A DNA stretch of 64,000 nucleotides from contig CP089275.1 in the NCBI GenBank assembly GCA_023920165.1, positions 1,922,001 to 1,986,000 of the forward strand, given 5' to 3'. Made by a program: the position numbers and the translations under genes. Below are positions 45,901-57,099 of the stretch, piece by piece. The stretch is from Curvularia clavata (Eukaryota). The notes under the pieces were generated by a model that was not told the origin of the DNA, ran no database searches, and was given only the letters and a program-made list of their open reading frames with translations. Position 1 is the stretch's first letter. Each line of letters starts with the position of its first letter.

Positions 45901-47229
45901 GATCTTTCAGAGCTTTTATCTGGTTTTGAAGCCTTGATACTATGCAAAAAGAATAGGTCGGGTCCTGAAAGAAGTATTACAGATCTTTACAGCCACTTTG
46001 AAAATGACATCATGAACTACAACTGGTTGGGAGATGAAGAAGCTAGCAGTTGCGTTCGAGATTTGCTTCTCAAAGCAAAAGGATCGCCTACATCAGGATT
46101 TCCAGAAGTCAAAGGATCAGATGAGCAGCGCCTACGCTTGAGTAAGCAGCGGTTATCCCAATTACGCGACGTTTCTCTCGAGTTTGCCCAAAGGAAAAGA
46201 TCACAGCGTTTCATTCAGTCTATCCAGAACTACATGCGCGCTAGTAGTCAAAACAATCGTTGGATATGCAGTTCGCCTGATTGTCACGGTACTGCAGACA
46301 GAAGTCAGTTACACTCGATGCCTCATTGCGGTCACACTGCTTGTAAGGACTGTCTGGGAGCTAGATTGAATGACGAGCATTGCGTCCATCCTGGCTGCAC
46401 CTCTTACGTACATGATGGAAGTTTCATCCGCATGACAGACCTAGGCTCAAGCGAAGGCCAAACTACTAGCCACAGCTTCGGCAAGAAACTTGATGCTATT
46501 GTTGATGTCGTAGAGAAGATGCCGAAGACTGACCAGGGTATTGTGTTTGCGCCAAACGAAGAAGTCATCAGCATCCTTGAGGATGTTTTCAAGCACCACA
46601 ACATATCCTACATCTCACCCAGCCACAGCAGGCGCGCCGCATTAGCCAAGCTAATAGAGGAGTTCAAGAGCAATAACGCCAAGACAAACATCTCCAGGAC
46701 CAAGAAAAAGCTGCTCATATTGAACCTCGGGAGTGAGTCCGCAGCTGGCGTGTAAGTCTTTCCTATGCATTCATACAAGAGCTGCTCTAACTTGACTAAA
46801 TGCAGAAATCTCACAAATGCCAACCATGTCATCTTCGTATCGCCCTTGCTCGCAAGAACGCAGTACGACTACGATTCTGTAATGGCACAAGCCATTGCAC
46901 GGAGCCGTCGGTATGGTCAAGAAAAGAAAGTTCATGTTTACCACGTCATTGCTCGGCGCACGATTGACGTGGATATCTTGAAGCACCACCACAAGCGAAA
47001 CGATGCCATTTCCACCCTGAAGATGACAAACAAGATGCCTCCTGCATCTGGCACCAAGGAGAGAATTATGTTTGTCATGAACAGACAGAAAGAGGCAATC
47101 CTAGTGCCACGCTCTTGGTTGAAAGATCCTTCTAAGAAGGCGGTTCTGGATATCGATGAAACAACAGATACTTTTACGTCTCTGATCAGTTTCTCGACGA
47201 TGTTCGAGCCGGAAGGGGACAATTGTTGA
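39969..47229 (+). CDS. DNMT5: DNMT5-family C5 cytosine methyltransferase-SNF2 ATPase-RING protein with N-terminal tandem Zn2Cys6-like clusters (~2348 aa)
   Basis: Exons 39969-40161, 40218-41420, 41474-42218, 42270-46751 and 46806-47229 (7047 nt) splice in frame with GT-AG and branch sites. MTase motifs LRIATMCSGTESPLLAL, FSAEIE, VVGFVCKDLS, LLENV, YYLPQTRERMY, LAGNAMSTTVIG. SNF2 motifs GGVLADRPSFGKT, IVIDEYHY, WVLSGTP, GVNLTNANHVIF, QAIARSRRYGQ. RING C..C...CGH..C..C...C...C. Confidence 0.9.
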
Positions 47230-47715
47230 TGAACATCGCATGTGTGTGTATGTCTGATTGGCAACGAGAGAAGTTGTTTCTATATGGAGGGAGACAGCAT
47301 CCACACTGATATGTCTAGGGAACTAAGTGTCGCCTTCAACTCCTGTTAAACTTTTTTTTTCAAAAAATAAAATAAAATAAGCGTGTACAACAGCGTGTAC
47401 AACAATGACTGTTCGTTCATATAGAAAACCGTCTAGCATATTCAATATGATACCCACTAATTCCATCACAATTGTTCTTCTCATGATCAAATTTTCTTCA
47501 TAGTAGGTCGCCATTTTCTGGTTCCAGCAGTCGTTGGAGAGATGTTAGATCTATCAAGGAAATGGGATTGAGAAAATAACTAAGCTAAACGTAAAGTAGC
47601 CGTCCTGGATATCATTTGATAAAGTGCCGAAACTGAAAGGGCTTTCTGTGCAAAGACAATTTTCCTCTCCTCATAGATCCCCGAAGCATAAACGAGCGAA
47701 ATCCCATCCTCAACT

Positions 47716-49887
47716 TCACCCATGCATCGTCTGACCGCCCGGTCCCCTCTCCCAAAACTCGAGCGTAAGCGCACTCAGGAAGCACGGAATCTCCTTCCTA
47801 CCCTCCACCCAGTAGACAATCTGATCACGAATCTCATTCGCGAAGACGCTCTGCTCACCACCACTGACCTTCATGGTGCCGTTCTCGCCATCGAACACAA
47901 TGCTATTCTCGCCCTCATCATCAGCAGGCTTGAACATGCTGGTTACTTTGACGCGCCCGTTGGGCATAAAGTCTAGCTTCCAGCCTAGGATAGAAGCGAC
48001 TGCTTCGCGGAATTCGAGCGACTTTGCTGTCCAGATTTGTTTGAGACGCGTGATTTTCTTTGATGAAGAGGCGAGTTGCGACTTCAATTCTTCGAGCTCA
48101 TCTCTTGCTGCATCGAGAGTGGCTAGGGGGACGGTGGAGGGTGCTTGCTTGCCGTTTTCGAGCTGATCGAGGAGCTGTGCGTTGGCTTCGCGCAAGTTGC
48201 GGACGGTGCTGAGTTTAAGGGCTTCGGCATCCGCAGTGGGGTTGGATTTCAGCTCCAGTACGCGTGTGCGTGATGATTCCTTCAGCTTCTTAAGCTGAGA
48301 GTGTTGAGCTGTGTACTCGGCTTCAACAATCTTCATCCTCTTTTGTAGTGCGTGAAGATCATCCTGGAGTTGTCGGTTCTTTCGTCGTAGCTCGCCCACA
48401 CGTTCTTCATTCTCGTCAGTATCGAGGGTGCGCTTCTGGCCTACTACTGCAGCGGCTGCTGCAGCGGGCTTTTCAAGACTGTCAAACTCCTTTTGAAGGG
48501 TCTCAACTTCTTTGCGGTATTGATCTACGAGACCTTCAAGTTGCTTTATCCGCTCAGACTTTGCTGCATCATGTGTGTCAGGCTGCATCTCGCGTTCTTC
48601 GTCGTCAAAGGCTTTTACTTGAGCGCGCAGGAACTCAACCTCTTTAGTCGCCAATGCTTTCTGTCGCTCCAGACGCGCTCGAGCCTTTGCATCTGCGCTA
48701 TTCGCTATACTCGTACTTCCAACAGTCTTGAGTTGCTGAATCTCGGCTTGTAACTGAGCCTTCTCTTCCTCTAGTGCTTGTATCGTCGCCTCTTTGACTG
48801 AAAGTTCTGGCTTGATTTCACCTAACCTGTTAAGAAGGTCGGTTCTCTCGATTCGCTCTTGAATGAAGGCCCTTGCGAGGTCTTGGGGTGTCTCAAAGAG
48901 TACTTGGCCATGTGTCTCGGCTTCAGCTTCCAAGTAAGATGTCCAAGAGTCTCGCTCTTCCTCAAGAACCTGCTTCCGCAGCTCTGCTTCACCCAGCTGC
49001 CGCTGCAGGTCATCCATCATGCGTAGCTTGTTCTGCAGCGATCTCTTCTCCTCCTCTACGACTTCGATAGCTTTGTGTTGTTTGCGATATTGCTTGAGCT
49101 CAGCATTCTGCTCACGTGTCAACGTCTCCAGCTTCTTAATATGTGCCACTTGATCCGAGAGCTCCCTCTTGATGACTGCCAGGGTCTCTGCATCTCCTGT
49201 AATGGCCTTCAGACGTAAAATCTCCGCCTCCTTCTGTCCCACCACCTCCTCCTTTTCCGCGATTGCCCGCTGTGCATTTTGTAGTGCATTAACTTTGGAT
49301 TGTAGATCTGCTTGTACCTCCTCCATGTTCTCTTTGAGTTTTCTGTGTTCGGTCTGCAGGGTGTTGTACCTATGGTCGTTCTGCCGTTGCGAGGTTGACA
49401 ATTCCTCTTTGACCTCATCGAACTCCTCCTGTATCGCTTGCGCTTTTTCCTGACTCTCTCGCAACCGCCGTTCCAAAGTCAGTCGCTCATTGGCGGTGCG
49501 TGTTTGGAGCTCAGCCATTTCCTTTGACAGCGCCTCGTATTTCTTCGCAGTTTGAGTACTCGATGCCTCCACTTGCTGGGCTTTGCGAAAGTCGGTATCG
49601 GCGCGGTTCTGGGCGTCTCGCAGTTCTTGCGCGTGCTCCAATTTCATCATCTCCTTTTCCTGCTTCGCTGTCTCGAGCTCATATCGTAACGTATTAAGCT
49701 GGGCGCGGAGGTCTTCATTGATCGGATCGGAAGGCACAACCGTGTGCGGCGCATTCTGCGAGGCTCGCAATGTGGTTCGGAAGGTTTCCCGCAGAGGTTC
49801 TCTTTTCGCAACCGTCGATGCGGGCACAGGTTCCTCTTCGCCAGTCAAGAAGTTGAAAGACGGCTGATTTGTGTTGCGCACAGCCAT
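47716..49887 (-). CDS. MAD1: Spindle assembly checkpoint protein Mad1
   Basis: Long coiled coil, Mad2-binding motif TRVLELKSNP, RLKQIWTAKSLEFREAVASILGWKLDF, C-terminal IPCFLSALTLE. Likely ATG at 49887. Confidence 0.92.
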   Translation of the reverse strand: MAVRNTNQPSFNFLTGEEEPVPASTVAKREPLRETFRTTLRASQNAPHTVVPSDPINEDLRAQLNTLRYELETAKQEKEMMKLEHAQELRDAQNRADTDFRKAQQVEASSTQTAKKYEALSKEMAELQTRTANERLTLERRLRESQEKAQAIQEEFDEVKEELSTSQRQNDHRYNTLQTEHRKLKENMEEVQADLQSKVNALQNAQRAIAEKEEVVGQKEAEILRLKAITGDAETLAVIKRELSDQVAHIKKLETLTREQNAELKQYRKQHKAIEVVEEEKRSLQNKLRMMDDLQRQLGEAELRKQVLEEERDSWTSYLEAEAETHGQVLFETPQDLARAFIQERIERTDLLNRLGEIKPELSVKEATIQALEEEKAQLQAEIQQLKTVGSTSIANSADAKARARLERQKALATKEVEFLRAQVKAFDDEEREMQPDTHDAAKSERIKQLEGLVDQYRKEVETLQKEFDSLEKPAAAAAAVVGQKRTLDTDENEERVGELRRKNRQLQDDLHALQKRMKIVEAEYTAQHSQLKKLKESSRTRVLELKSNPTADAEALKLSTVRNLREANAQLLDQLENGKQAPSTVPLATLDAARDELEELKSQLASSSKKITRLKQIWTAKSLEFREAVASILGWKLDFMPNGRVKVTSMFKPADDEGENSIVFDGENGTMKVSGGEQSVFANEIRDQIVYWVEGRKEIPCFLSALTLEFWERGPGGQTMHG

Positions 49888-50253
49888 GGTAGGAGTGGCT
49901 TTGGTCTGTTTGTTTGTTGTGCTAGAATTGATGTCGGTAAACCTAGGGTAAGTAGAGATGCACAATCGCAGGTCGCGACTACACCATGACAGATATCCTG
50001 GAAGAGTTGCTCTGTCACACGGGCGGCTTGGGTTGAGGACAGATGAGAGATGAGCGGTTGTTGTTGTCGCAATGTCGGACTCAAGGGCCCAAAGCACCGC
50101 CGTCCAGACGGAGCCTAGCGCGTGAGGTGAGTCTGTCGCGCGGGCACGTGCCAGCCTTTATTCCACCACGATTACATTAGGTAGGGTGATTTATATTTAG
50201 ACTTTGTCCTCGAAATAAGCTACAAATACAAATGGCCAAGGCGACCACAAGTT

Positions 50254-51348
50254 TTATTCCTTTATGTCTTCCCAAGCCTTAGAAAATACATCACTTTGGC
50301 CGTCTCTCCATCCCCATGCAATACAATAATGCTGGAGTAGCATCTCCAGCTCTTCTAACTCGTCGAGGAACTCTAGACCCGCAATGCGCTCCTTTTCTTC
50401 ATCTTCTATCCATTTTCTCCAAATCATGAGTGTATCTGCAGCCTTTGCTCCAGCATTGAACCCATAACTCTGGAGACGTGCACGCTGATCGCCAAGTTCA
50501 GGATATGCTATCAATGTATGGAGATAGATATTGCGCGTCTGGAGGTTGCCAATCATGGTTTGACCAAAGGCATCTTGTGGCAGAATCGGTTCGTAGAGTA
50601 TTAGGGAAGCTGGAGTTGTTGATTGCAAGTAGTGCGTTAGAAGCGACGAGATTATTGATTGGACTATTGAAGGTTGCAAGTAAACCAGACACATCTCTGA
50701 CAGGATCAGGGTGGGTATGCTTGCGTCTAGGTTTGGTATCTGAGGTAGAGGCGTCTCATCCGATGGGTTGGCCAAACAACGCAGGTCGAGAGCATGAATG
50801 TTGTAGCTGTCTGAGTGGTACGAGTCTGAGTTCGAGGGCATGTGTTGTAGCTTTCGGTGAAGCAGCGGTTGCCTTTGTATGGCAGCTATCTTCGCAGATG
50901 TGTTCGCTGGGAAGTCAACTTCGTGATATACGAGCTTTATCTGGGGGTAACGGTCGAGGAGTCGAAAGAAGCGCGTGTCAGTGCCAGCACCGAGCGAGAT
51001 GATCTGCTTCGCTGCAGAGGGGTTCGTGTCGAGGAATCTGGCGACAAGAAGGTCGATGGCGCTTGTGCGCACATAGGTTCCTCTGTTCAACAAAGGTAGC
51101 TTTCTCGAAGCCGGCTGCGTTGCGAACAGTTTCGCATACGGGTCGTGAAGATATCCCAACTCTACACAGCTCACCCGACTCCCCGCTGCATCTTGATCGG
51201 TGCTCTTAACGGCGTTGTCCAATGCCTGTGCCCTCTCTTCATTCGAGTGCCCTAGACCACCTCTTCCAGGCCCTCTGCCTCTTGAAGGCCCACCGTGGCG
51301 TTGTCCGAGAAGAATCTTGAGGTTCGGAATTTCGTTTGACGGGGCCAT
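50254..51348 (-). CDS. PPM1: Leucine carboxyl methyltransferase 1 (PP2A methylase)
   Basis: AVKSTDQDAAGSRVSCVELGYLHDPY, PLLNRGTYVRT, QIISLGAGTDTRFF, YHEVDFP, LILSEMCLVYL, LDELEELEMLLQHYCIAW. Confidence 0.92.
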   Translation of the reverse strand: MAPSNEIPNLKILLGQRHGGPSRGRGPGRGGLGHSNEERAQALDNAVKSTDQDAAGSRVSCVELGYLHDPYAKLFATQPASRKLPLLNRGTYVRTSAIDLLVARFLDTNPSAAKQIISLGAGTDTRFFRLLDRYPQIKLVYHEVDFPANTSAKIAAIQRQPLLHRKLQHMPSNSDSYHSDSYNIHALDLRCLANPSDETPLPQIPNLDASIPTLILSEMCLVYLQPSIVQSIISSLLTHYLQSTTPASLILYEPILPQDAFGQTMIGNLQTRNIYLHTLIAYPELGDQRARLQSYGFNAGAKAADTLMIWRKWIEDEEKERIAGLEFLDELEELEMLLQHYCIAWGWRDGQSDVFSKAWEDIKE

Positions 51349-51558
51349 GCTCGGGATGCTTGAGATGCGCGCACTTGGTGGGGTCTGCTCCAAGGCGGCG
51401 CTAGGGCTTCTAGCGCACCTGCATGCCAAGGCTGAACCTTTGGAACTTCTGGAGATTTCTTTGACGCGACTCAACTACACTCACTCTCGCGCCGACCTTT
51501 CCCACGACATCCCTAATCGAACCTCTGAACCCCTCTACCGGCCATAGCGACTGTAAAA

Positions 51559-52360
51559 ATGGACGGTGAAAAGTACAGCGCGAGTTTGATCCGTCTCTGG
51601 AGGGTCTGGCGCACCACCAAGGAGATGATGAACGACCGGGTAGGTTGCGCATGAGCAATGCCTGACTGCGCGCTGACTCGACTAAAGGGCTACATGGTGG
51701 TTGAAGATGACATGACCATGTCGCTTGAGGAGTTCGCACGGCGATATGCGCGCGAAGACGGGGAGCCCGAGTAAGCAGTGCAGCATCCTCACCTCTAGGT
51801 AGTACTGACCCACTGTCAGCCGTTCACGCCTCAACTTTTCCTGTCAGCCATCTGAAGAAATGCTCGTAAAGTACACAGACGCTCCGACCAAGAAAAACCC
51901 CAATCCCGTCCCGAACATTGGTACCATCTGGGTTGAGTTCAACGCCGACGAGAACGTTGGAATGAAGCAACTGCGCGAGTACATGGCACATCTTGTCAAT
52001 GGCTCCTTCCACTCTGGAATCATGGTCACTGTCAAGACCATGACGGGCATGGCTCTTCGACTTCTTCGCGGTGCTACGAGCATCACCGACGGACCCAAAG
52101 GTGGCGTAGAGGTCTTTGTTGAGCAAGATCTGTTGGTCAACATTACAAAGCACGAGCTTGTGCCCAAGCACGTGCTGTTGAGTGACGAGGAGAAACAACA
52201 GCTGCTACAGCGATATCGGTTGAAGCAGACACAACTGCCTAGAATTCAGGCCTCCGACCCGGTTGCAAAGTACCTGGGGTTGAAGAGAGGTGCTGTTGTC
52301 AAGATCATCCGAAAGTCTGAGACGGCGGGTCGGTACGCTAGTTACCGATGGGTCATATAA
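51559..52360 (+). CDS. RPB5: RNA polymerase I/II/III shared subunit RPABC1
   Basis: Three exons. N-terminal RLWRVWRTTKEMMNDRGY; C-terminal LLVNITKHELVPKH...QLPRIQASDPVAKYLGLKRGAVVKIIRKSETAGRYASYRWVI. Confidence 0.96.
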
Positions 52361-53029
52361 AAGTGGTCACGAAGGCGCGAACAATCCACACGGGTGCTGC
52401 ATTCGGCGAGGCGTTTGGCGAAACAGAGGGAAATTGTTTTTTCTTGCTTCTTCTATTCACATCATCTGCAAAAGACCAAAGTTCATTGAAGAGAAACTTG
52501 ATGCGCAGCGCATCTGTGCACATTTTTGGATGAAGAACTCTTCTGACAGCCATACTGCTCACTTTGCCTCGCTGTATGTGTATCTGACCTCCAGGTCCAA
52601 CGTTCACATGCAGCACTCAACGCGTGCCCAGAGTTCGATTTCTAAATCTCCCACGTGGGAGATCCAGGGAGTAGAGTCACTGATATAACAATGTTACTAG
52701 AGCAGCCCTTTCAACTATACTCTTAGCAGTTTCGACTCTGTTCTTAAAAGGAGCGGTAGTTTTTTATTATGTCCGTGTTAATGGCTTGCCTTGGTAGGTG
52801 AGCCCAGTTTGATTTCCCAACTTTGCTGGTTGTGGGAGATACAATATCGCGCTGCTATCACTGGAAAGAGCCAAGGCTGCTAGACAAGCGATACCGGAAA
52901 GCACGCGTATGACCGTCACTTCCCTAAGCGCGACTACCCCGGGTCCTGGATATACTAGTAGTATCACTTTTATTCGCCCCACTGCACCAACTCATCTTGA
53001 CGACACTGGCCACAACCTCAACCTCCGCC

Positions 53030-54250
53030 ATGGAAGCATCCTCAGACTCATCTCTGTCACTACCACCTCACGGCCGAGACAGCAGCCCAGAGCTCGGCAG
53101 CTCATCAAGAGTAACAACTTACAACAAGTACACGGGCCGTCCTATCCGCAAGAGCGCGGGAAAGATCAAGAAGCCTGAGGGCTTTGTCGATCTGCCAGCC
53201 TCAGATGAGAGCGAGGGAGACGAAGATGACGACGACGACGACGATGAGGCACGCGGCCGAGCAACCAAACAAAAGAACGAGCGTTTGAAGAAGCGTAAAC
53301 GGGGACCTTCACCTCCCTCACCTTCCTTGAACCCTATCATCTATGAAGAAGAGCTGGAGGATATGACCGATCTTGAAGAGTTAGGTGCTTTCCGCCGCGA
53401 AACTCGGAGACCTTCACAACAAACGATGCTGCAGTTCAACGTTCCATTGGGCTTCCATGGTCCTCTGTTTGTCAAGCTCGAATCCAACTTCATGGAAAAC
53501 AACAAAGACGCCCTGCATGAGATGAAGCCCGGCAAGCCCAAGAAGGCCCGTACTGCTCTTGTCGAACCGGCCAGCACAGTACAATACCGGGGATTTACAG
53601 ACCTCCCCCCGGAGTTGCGCAATACCATTTATCGCCATCTTTTCGCACGGAAAGACCAGGATGACATACTCAAGATTCCAGTGATCCGCTATGGCCCATC
53701 CGGAGCACTGTCAAGGTCTGCCCAGTTTCTCAGGACATGTAAGCTAGTATACAGCGAGGGCTGCTCAGTCCTTTACGGCGAAAATACATTTTCATTCCAC
53801 CGCCATTACGCCACCCGCTGCACCTTTTGGGAGGCCGTACCCAAAGAGATTGGCTATCAAGATGTTTTGCACTTCCTCAAGATGATCGGCCCGGAGAATC
53901 TTCAATATCTCCGTGATATCAAGTGGTCATTTGACGACGCCTACCCTCGCGACACGCCTTACCTCAGCTGCAACGAAGAGCGTCGATATCTCAATGATGA
54001 GTATCTGATCAGTTGTCTTCGTATCCTCCGTAATGCTAAACTCCGCAAAATCACACTGTTTTTCGGTGGTCGCAGGCAACTACAGTGCACTGATTTTAGA
54101 TTTCTGCACTATCTGGAGCAGATCAAAGCTGATGAGGTAGTTCAGTCGACTGACAGGTTCTATTCATATCGTGACAAGGCACATCCGTTGGCATGGTCGG
54201 AGATCAAGGCGGCTATGACGCGCAAGAAGAAGCTTTATGACAGGGAATAG
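53030..54250 (+). CDS. F-box-like / DUF7730-type fungal protein with an acidic-basic disordered N-terminus
   Basis: GFTDLPPELRNTIYRHLF...FLRTCKLVYSEGCSVLYGENTFSF, a poly-Asp tract and an NLS-like KKRKR. Confidence 0.75.
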   Translation: MEASSDSSLSLPPHGRDSSPELGSSSRVTTYNKYTGRPIRKSAGKIKKPEGFVDLPASDESEGDEDDDDDDDEARGRATKQKNERLKKRKRGPSPPSPSLNPIIYEEELEDMTDLEELGAFRRETRRPSQQTMLQFNVPLGFHGPLFVKLESNFMENNKDALHEMKPGKPKKARTALVEPASTVQYRGFTDLPPELRNTIYRHLFARKDQDDILKIPVIRYGPSGALSRSAQFLRTCKLVYSEGCSVLYGENTFSFHRHYATRCTFWEAVPKEIGYQDVLHFLKMIGPENLQYLRDIKWSFDDAYPRDTPYLSCNEERRYLNDEYLISCLRILRNAKLRKITLFFGGRRQLQCTDFRFLHYLEQIKADEVVQSTDRFYSYRDKAHPLAWSEIKAAMTRKKKLYDRE

Positions 54251-55299
54251 TGAAGGAAAACTTAGGGGTGTGGAATACTTCTGTTTCATTTCTTTCATGC
54301 CATTAGTTAGTAGATTTACATGTAGATATTATGCAATGCCATGTTATCCAAAAGACCCTTTTCAGTTTTTTCGTATATTTGTGCTAAGAAGGTGTCTGTT
54401 AAGATGGAGTCTTCACTTTGTGACTAGTTAACTATATTTCTTAATATGTTTCTTCTCCACACTTATGTATAACTAGTTCTATCTATCGAATTTAATTTAG
54501 CTTGATTATCCAAGCAAAATGGTTATACATACTATTTTATATAATAAAGGCAAATTCAAAAGGTGAATTTACTTTTACTTGGGTTCGCCTAACAAACTCT
54601 ACTACAACGAGTGAAACTAGAAGACGACGGCCTACAAAAACCGCTGCTTTTGAAAAGTAGCCGTATCTGCCTTAGTCTTTTATTAAAAGTAGCTGTCATT
54701 GTCACAGTCATGTTTTACTAGCTGGACGCTCGGGTGTGGTGCAAAGAGAAAGCACAGGCCACATGAACAATCGATTTATGACGAGAAACAGCAGACAGCG
54801 GACAACAGAGGACAGTATTGCATTGAGATGCTACATACAAATGCACAAGCGTGGGCAGCAGCAAACAACCAAAGGGCACAGACACTGATGCCAGCAAGCT
54901 TCGTGTTTGTGCGATGCCACGACGCATCTACGCAACGTAGGCCGATCATAGAGATTTCGTCCCCCTAGGTGGTGGGTGCCGGGGCGTGTCAGCAGCTCCC
55001 ACGTCGACCAGCTTGCGCCAGCCGAGTGAGGATACAGCTGCAGCAAAGCATTCATATCATCTCGGGTTTAGTTACGTGAAGAGAAAAAGAAGAGAGCGAG
55101 GACGCGAGCCGAAAGCGCTGATATTTTCCGCCGGAGAAACGATTTCTCGGCGCCGACGCGCCCCAGTCCCGGACGTGCTTCCGTGATTAAGCGGAGCCCA
55201 TCGTTTGGTTGCCGCTTTGAGACTACGAGTCCCGCTACATCCCCCAAGACGTTTATAACATTGCGCGCCACGCTGCTCTGCGCACACCACAGAACAGCA

Positions 55300-57099
55300 A
55301 TGGCGTCCCTCAGATCCGCCTGCAGAGCGCCTTTGCGCCAGCTGCTTTCCCGCTCTCCAGCCTCAATTGCATCCAGAGCCCCACGTACGTCGCTGCGACA
55401 ATGGCGGGGCTACGCTACTACAACTTTGGATGCGCAGCAAAAGGTATGTTTTACCGTAGCAAAAAGTTGAGAGACCAAGTTAACTAAGGGACGCCAGATC
55501 CTCTCCCAAGATCTTGAGCAAGCTGATCCTACAGTCTTCGAAATCATCAACAAGGTTCGTCCTCACATACAGCCGCCAAAGTCAAGCCAACCCGACTAAA
55601 CTCACACCACCACTACTGCAGGAGAAGAATCGCCAGAAGCACTTTATAAACCTCATTCCCTCAGAGAACTTCACCTCACAAGCGGTTCTCGATGCTCTCG
55701 GCAGTGTTATGCAAAGTAAGGTCCACGCCACCATCACACCACCCTAAGCTTACACAATCGCACAGATAAGTACTCGGAAGGATACCCAGGCGCGCGATAC
55801 TACGGAGGAAACGAGCACATTGACGAGGCTGAACGCTTATGCCAGGAGAGAGCTCTCAAGGCCTTTGGTCTCAATCCTGCAGAATGGGGTGTCAATGTCC
55901 AAGGTGAGTCAATCGCGGCAATGAGAGGAATCATTTAGCTAAAACTGGTTTCAGCGCTTTCCGGATCCCCCGCCAACCTCTACGCCTACTCAGCCGTCCT
56001 CAACCCGCACGACCGTATCCTCAGTCTCGATCTCCCTCACGGCGGTCATTTGTCACACGGTTACCAGACCCCGACTAAGAAGATCTCCGCTGTCTCCAAG
56101 TACTTCGAAACCCTTCCATACAGACTAAACGAAAAGACGGGCCTCATCGATTACGAGAAGATGGCCGAATTGGCCCACCTATACAGACCCAAGGTTATTG
56201 TTGCCGGTACATCGGCATACAGTCGATTGATCGAATACGAGCGCATGCGAAAGCTAGCAGATGAAGTCGGCGCCTACCTGCTCTCAGATATGGCTCACAT
56301 TTCAGGTCTCGTTGCTGCCGGCGTCATCCCTTCCCCATTTCCTCACTCCGATATCGTCACCACCACAACCCACAAATCCCTGCGAGGCCCACGAGGTGCC
56401 ATGATCTTCTACCGCAAGGGCGTAAGGAAGGTTGACAAGAAGGGCAAAGAGGAAATGTATGACCTCGAGGGCCCCATCAATGCCTCAGTGTTTCCAGGCC
56501 ACCAGGGAGGTCCTCACAACCACACCATCACTGCTCTGGCTGTAGCCCTGCAACAGGCTTCAACCCCAGAGTTCAAAGATTACCAGCTGCAAGTGCTCGA
56601 GAACGCAAAGGCTCTTGCACAGCGCCTTGGTGACTCAAAGGAAAACGGCGGTCTTGGCTACAACATCGTCTCTGGCGGCACAGACAACCACCTTGTTCTC
56701 GTCGATCTCAAGGATCGCGGTGTTGACGGCGCACGAGTGGAGCGCATCCTTGAGCTCGTTGGCGTGGCATCTAACAAGAACACCGTCCCTGGCGACAAAT
56801 CGGCTATGAAGCCTGGTGGTCTGCGCCTTGGTACACCAGCCATGACGACCCGTGGCTTCCAAGCCTCTGATTTTAAGCGGGTAGCTGATGTCGTACACCG
56901 CGCAGTTGGCATTACTCAGAAGCTGGACAAGGAAGCCAAGAAGAAAGCTGAAGAGAGTGGACGCAAGAACCCCACTAGTGTTGCAGCATTCAAGGAATAT
57001 GTTGGTGAAGGTGAAGATATTACCGAAATCATTGAACTTAAGAAGGAGGTTGCAGACTGGGTGGCGACATTTGCGCTACCATGGGACAAAGCCCAATGA
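55300..57099 (+). CDS. SHM1: Serine hydroxymethyltransferase, mitochondrial
   Basis: Exons 55300-55443, 55498-55554, 55622-55715, 55766-55903 and 55955-57099. Arg-rich presequence, [28 protein letters not shown]-Lys motif [24 protein letters not shown]. Confidence 0.97.

Noticed and set aside
52620..52660. GTTCGATT resembling a tRNA T-loop (also GGTTCGAA near 32087)
   Set aside because: No complete T-stem, acceptor stem or cloverleaf.
39969..57099. DNMT5, PPM1 and SHMT as a SAM/one-carbon methylation cluster
   Set aside because: They are interleaved with unrelated housekeeping genes (MAD1, RPB5, F-box-like) and act in different compartments; most likely coincidental.
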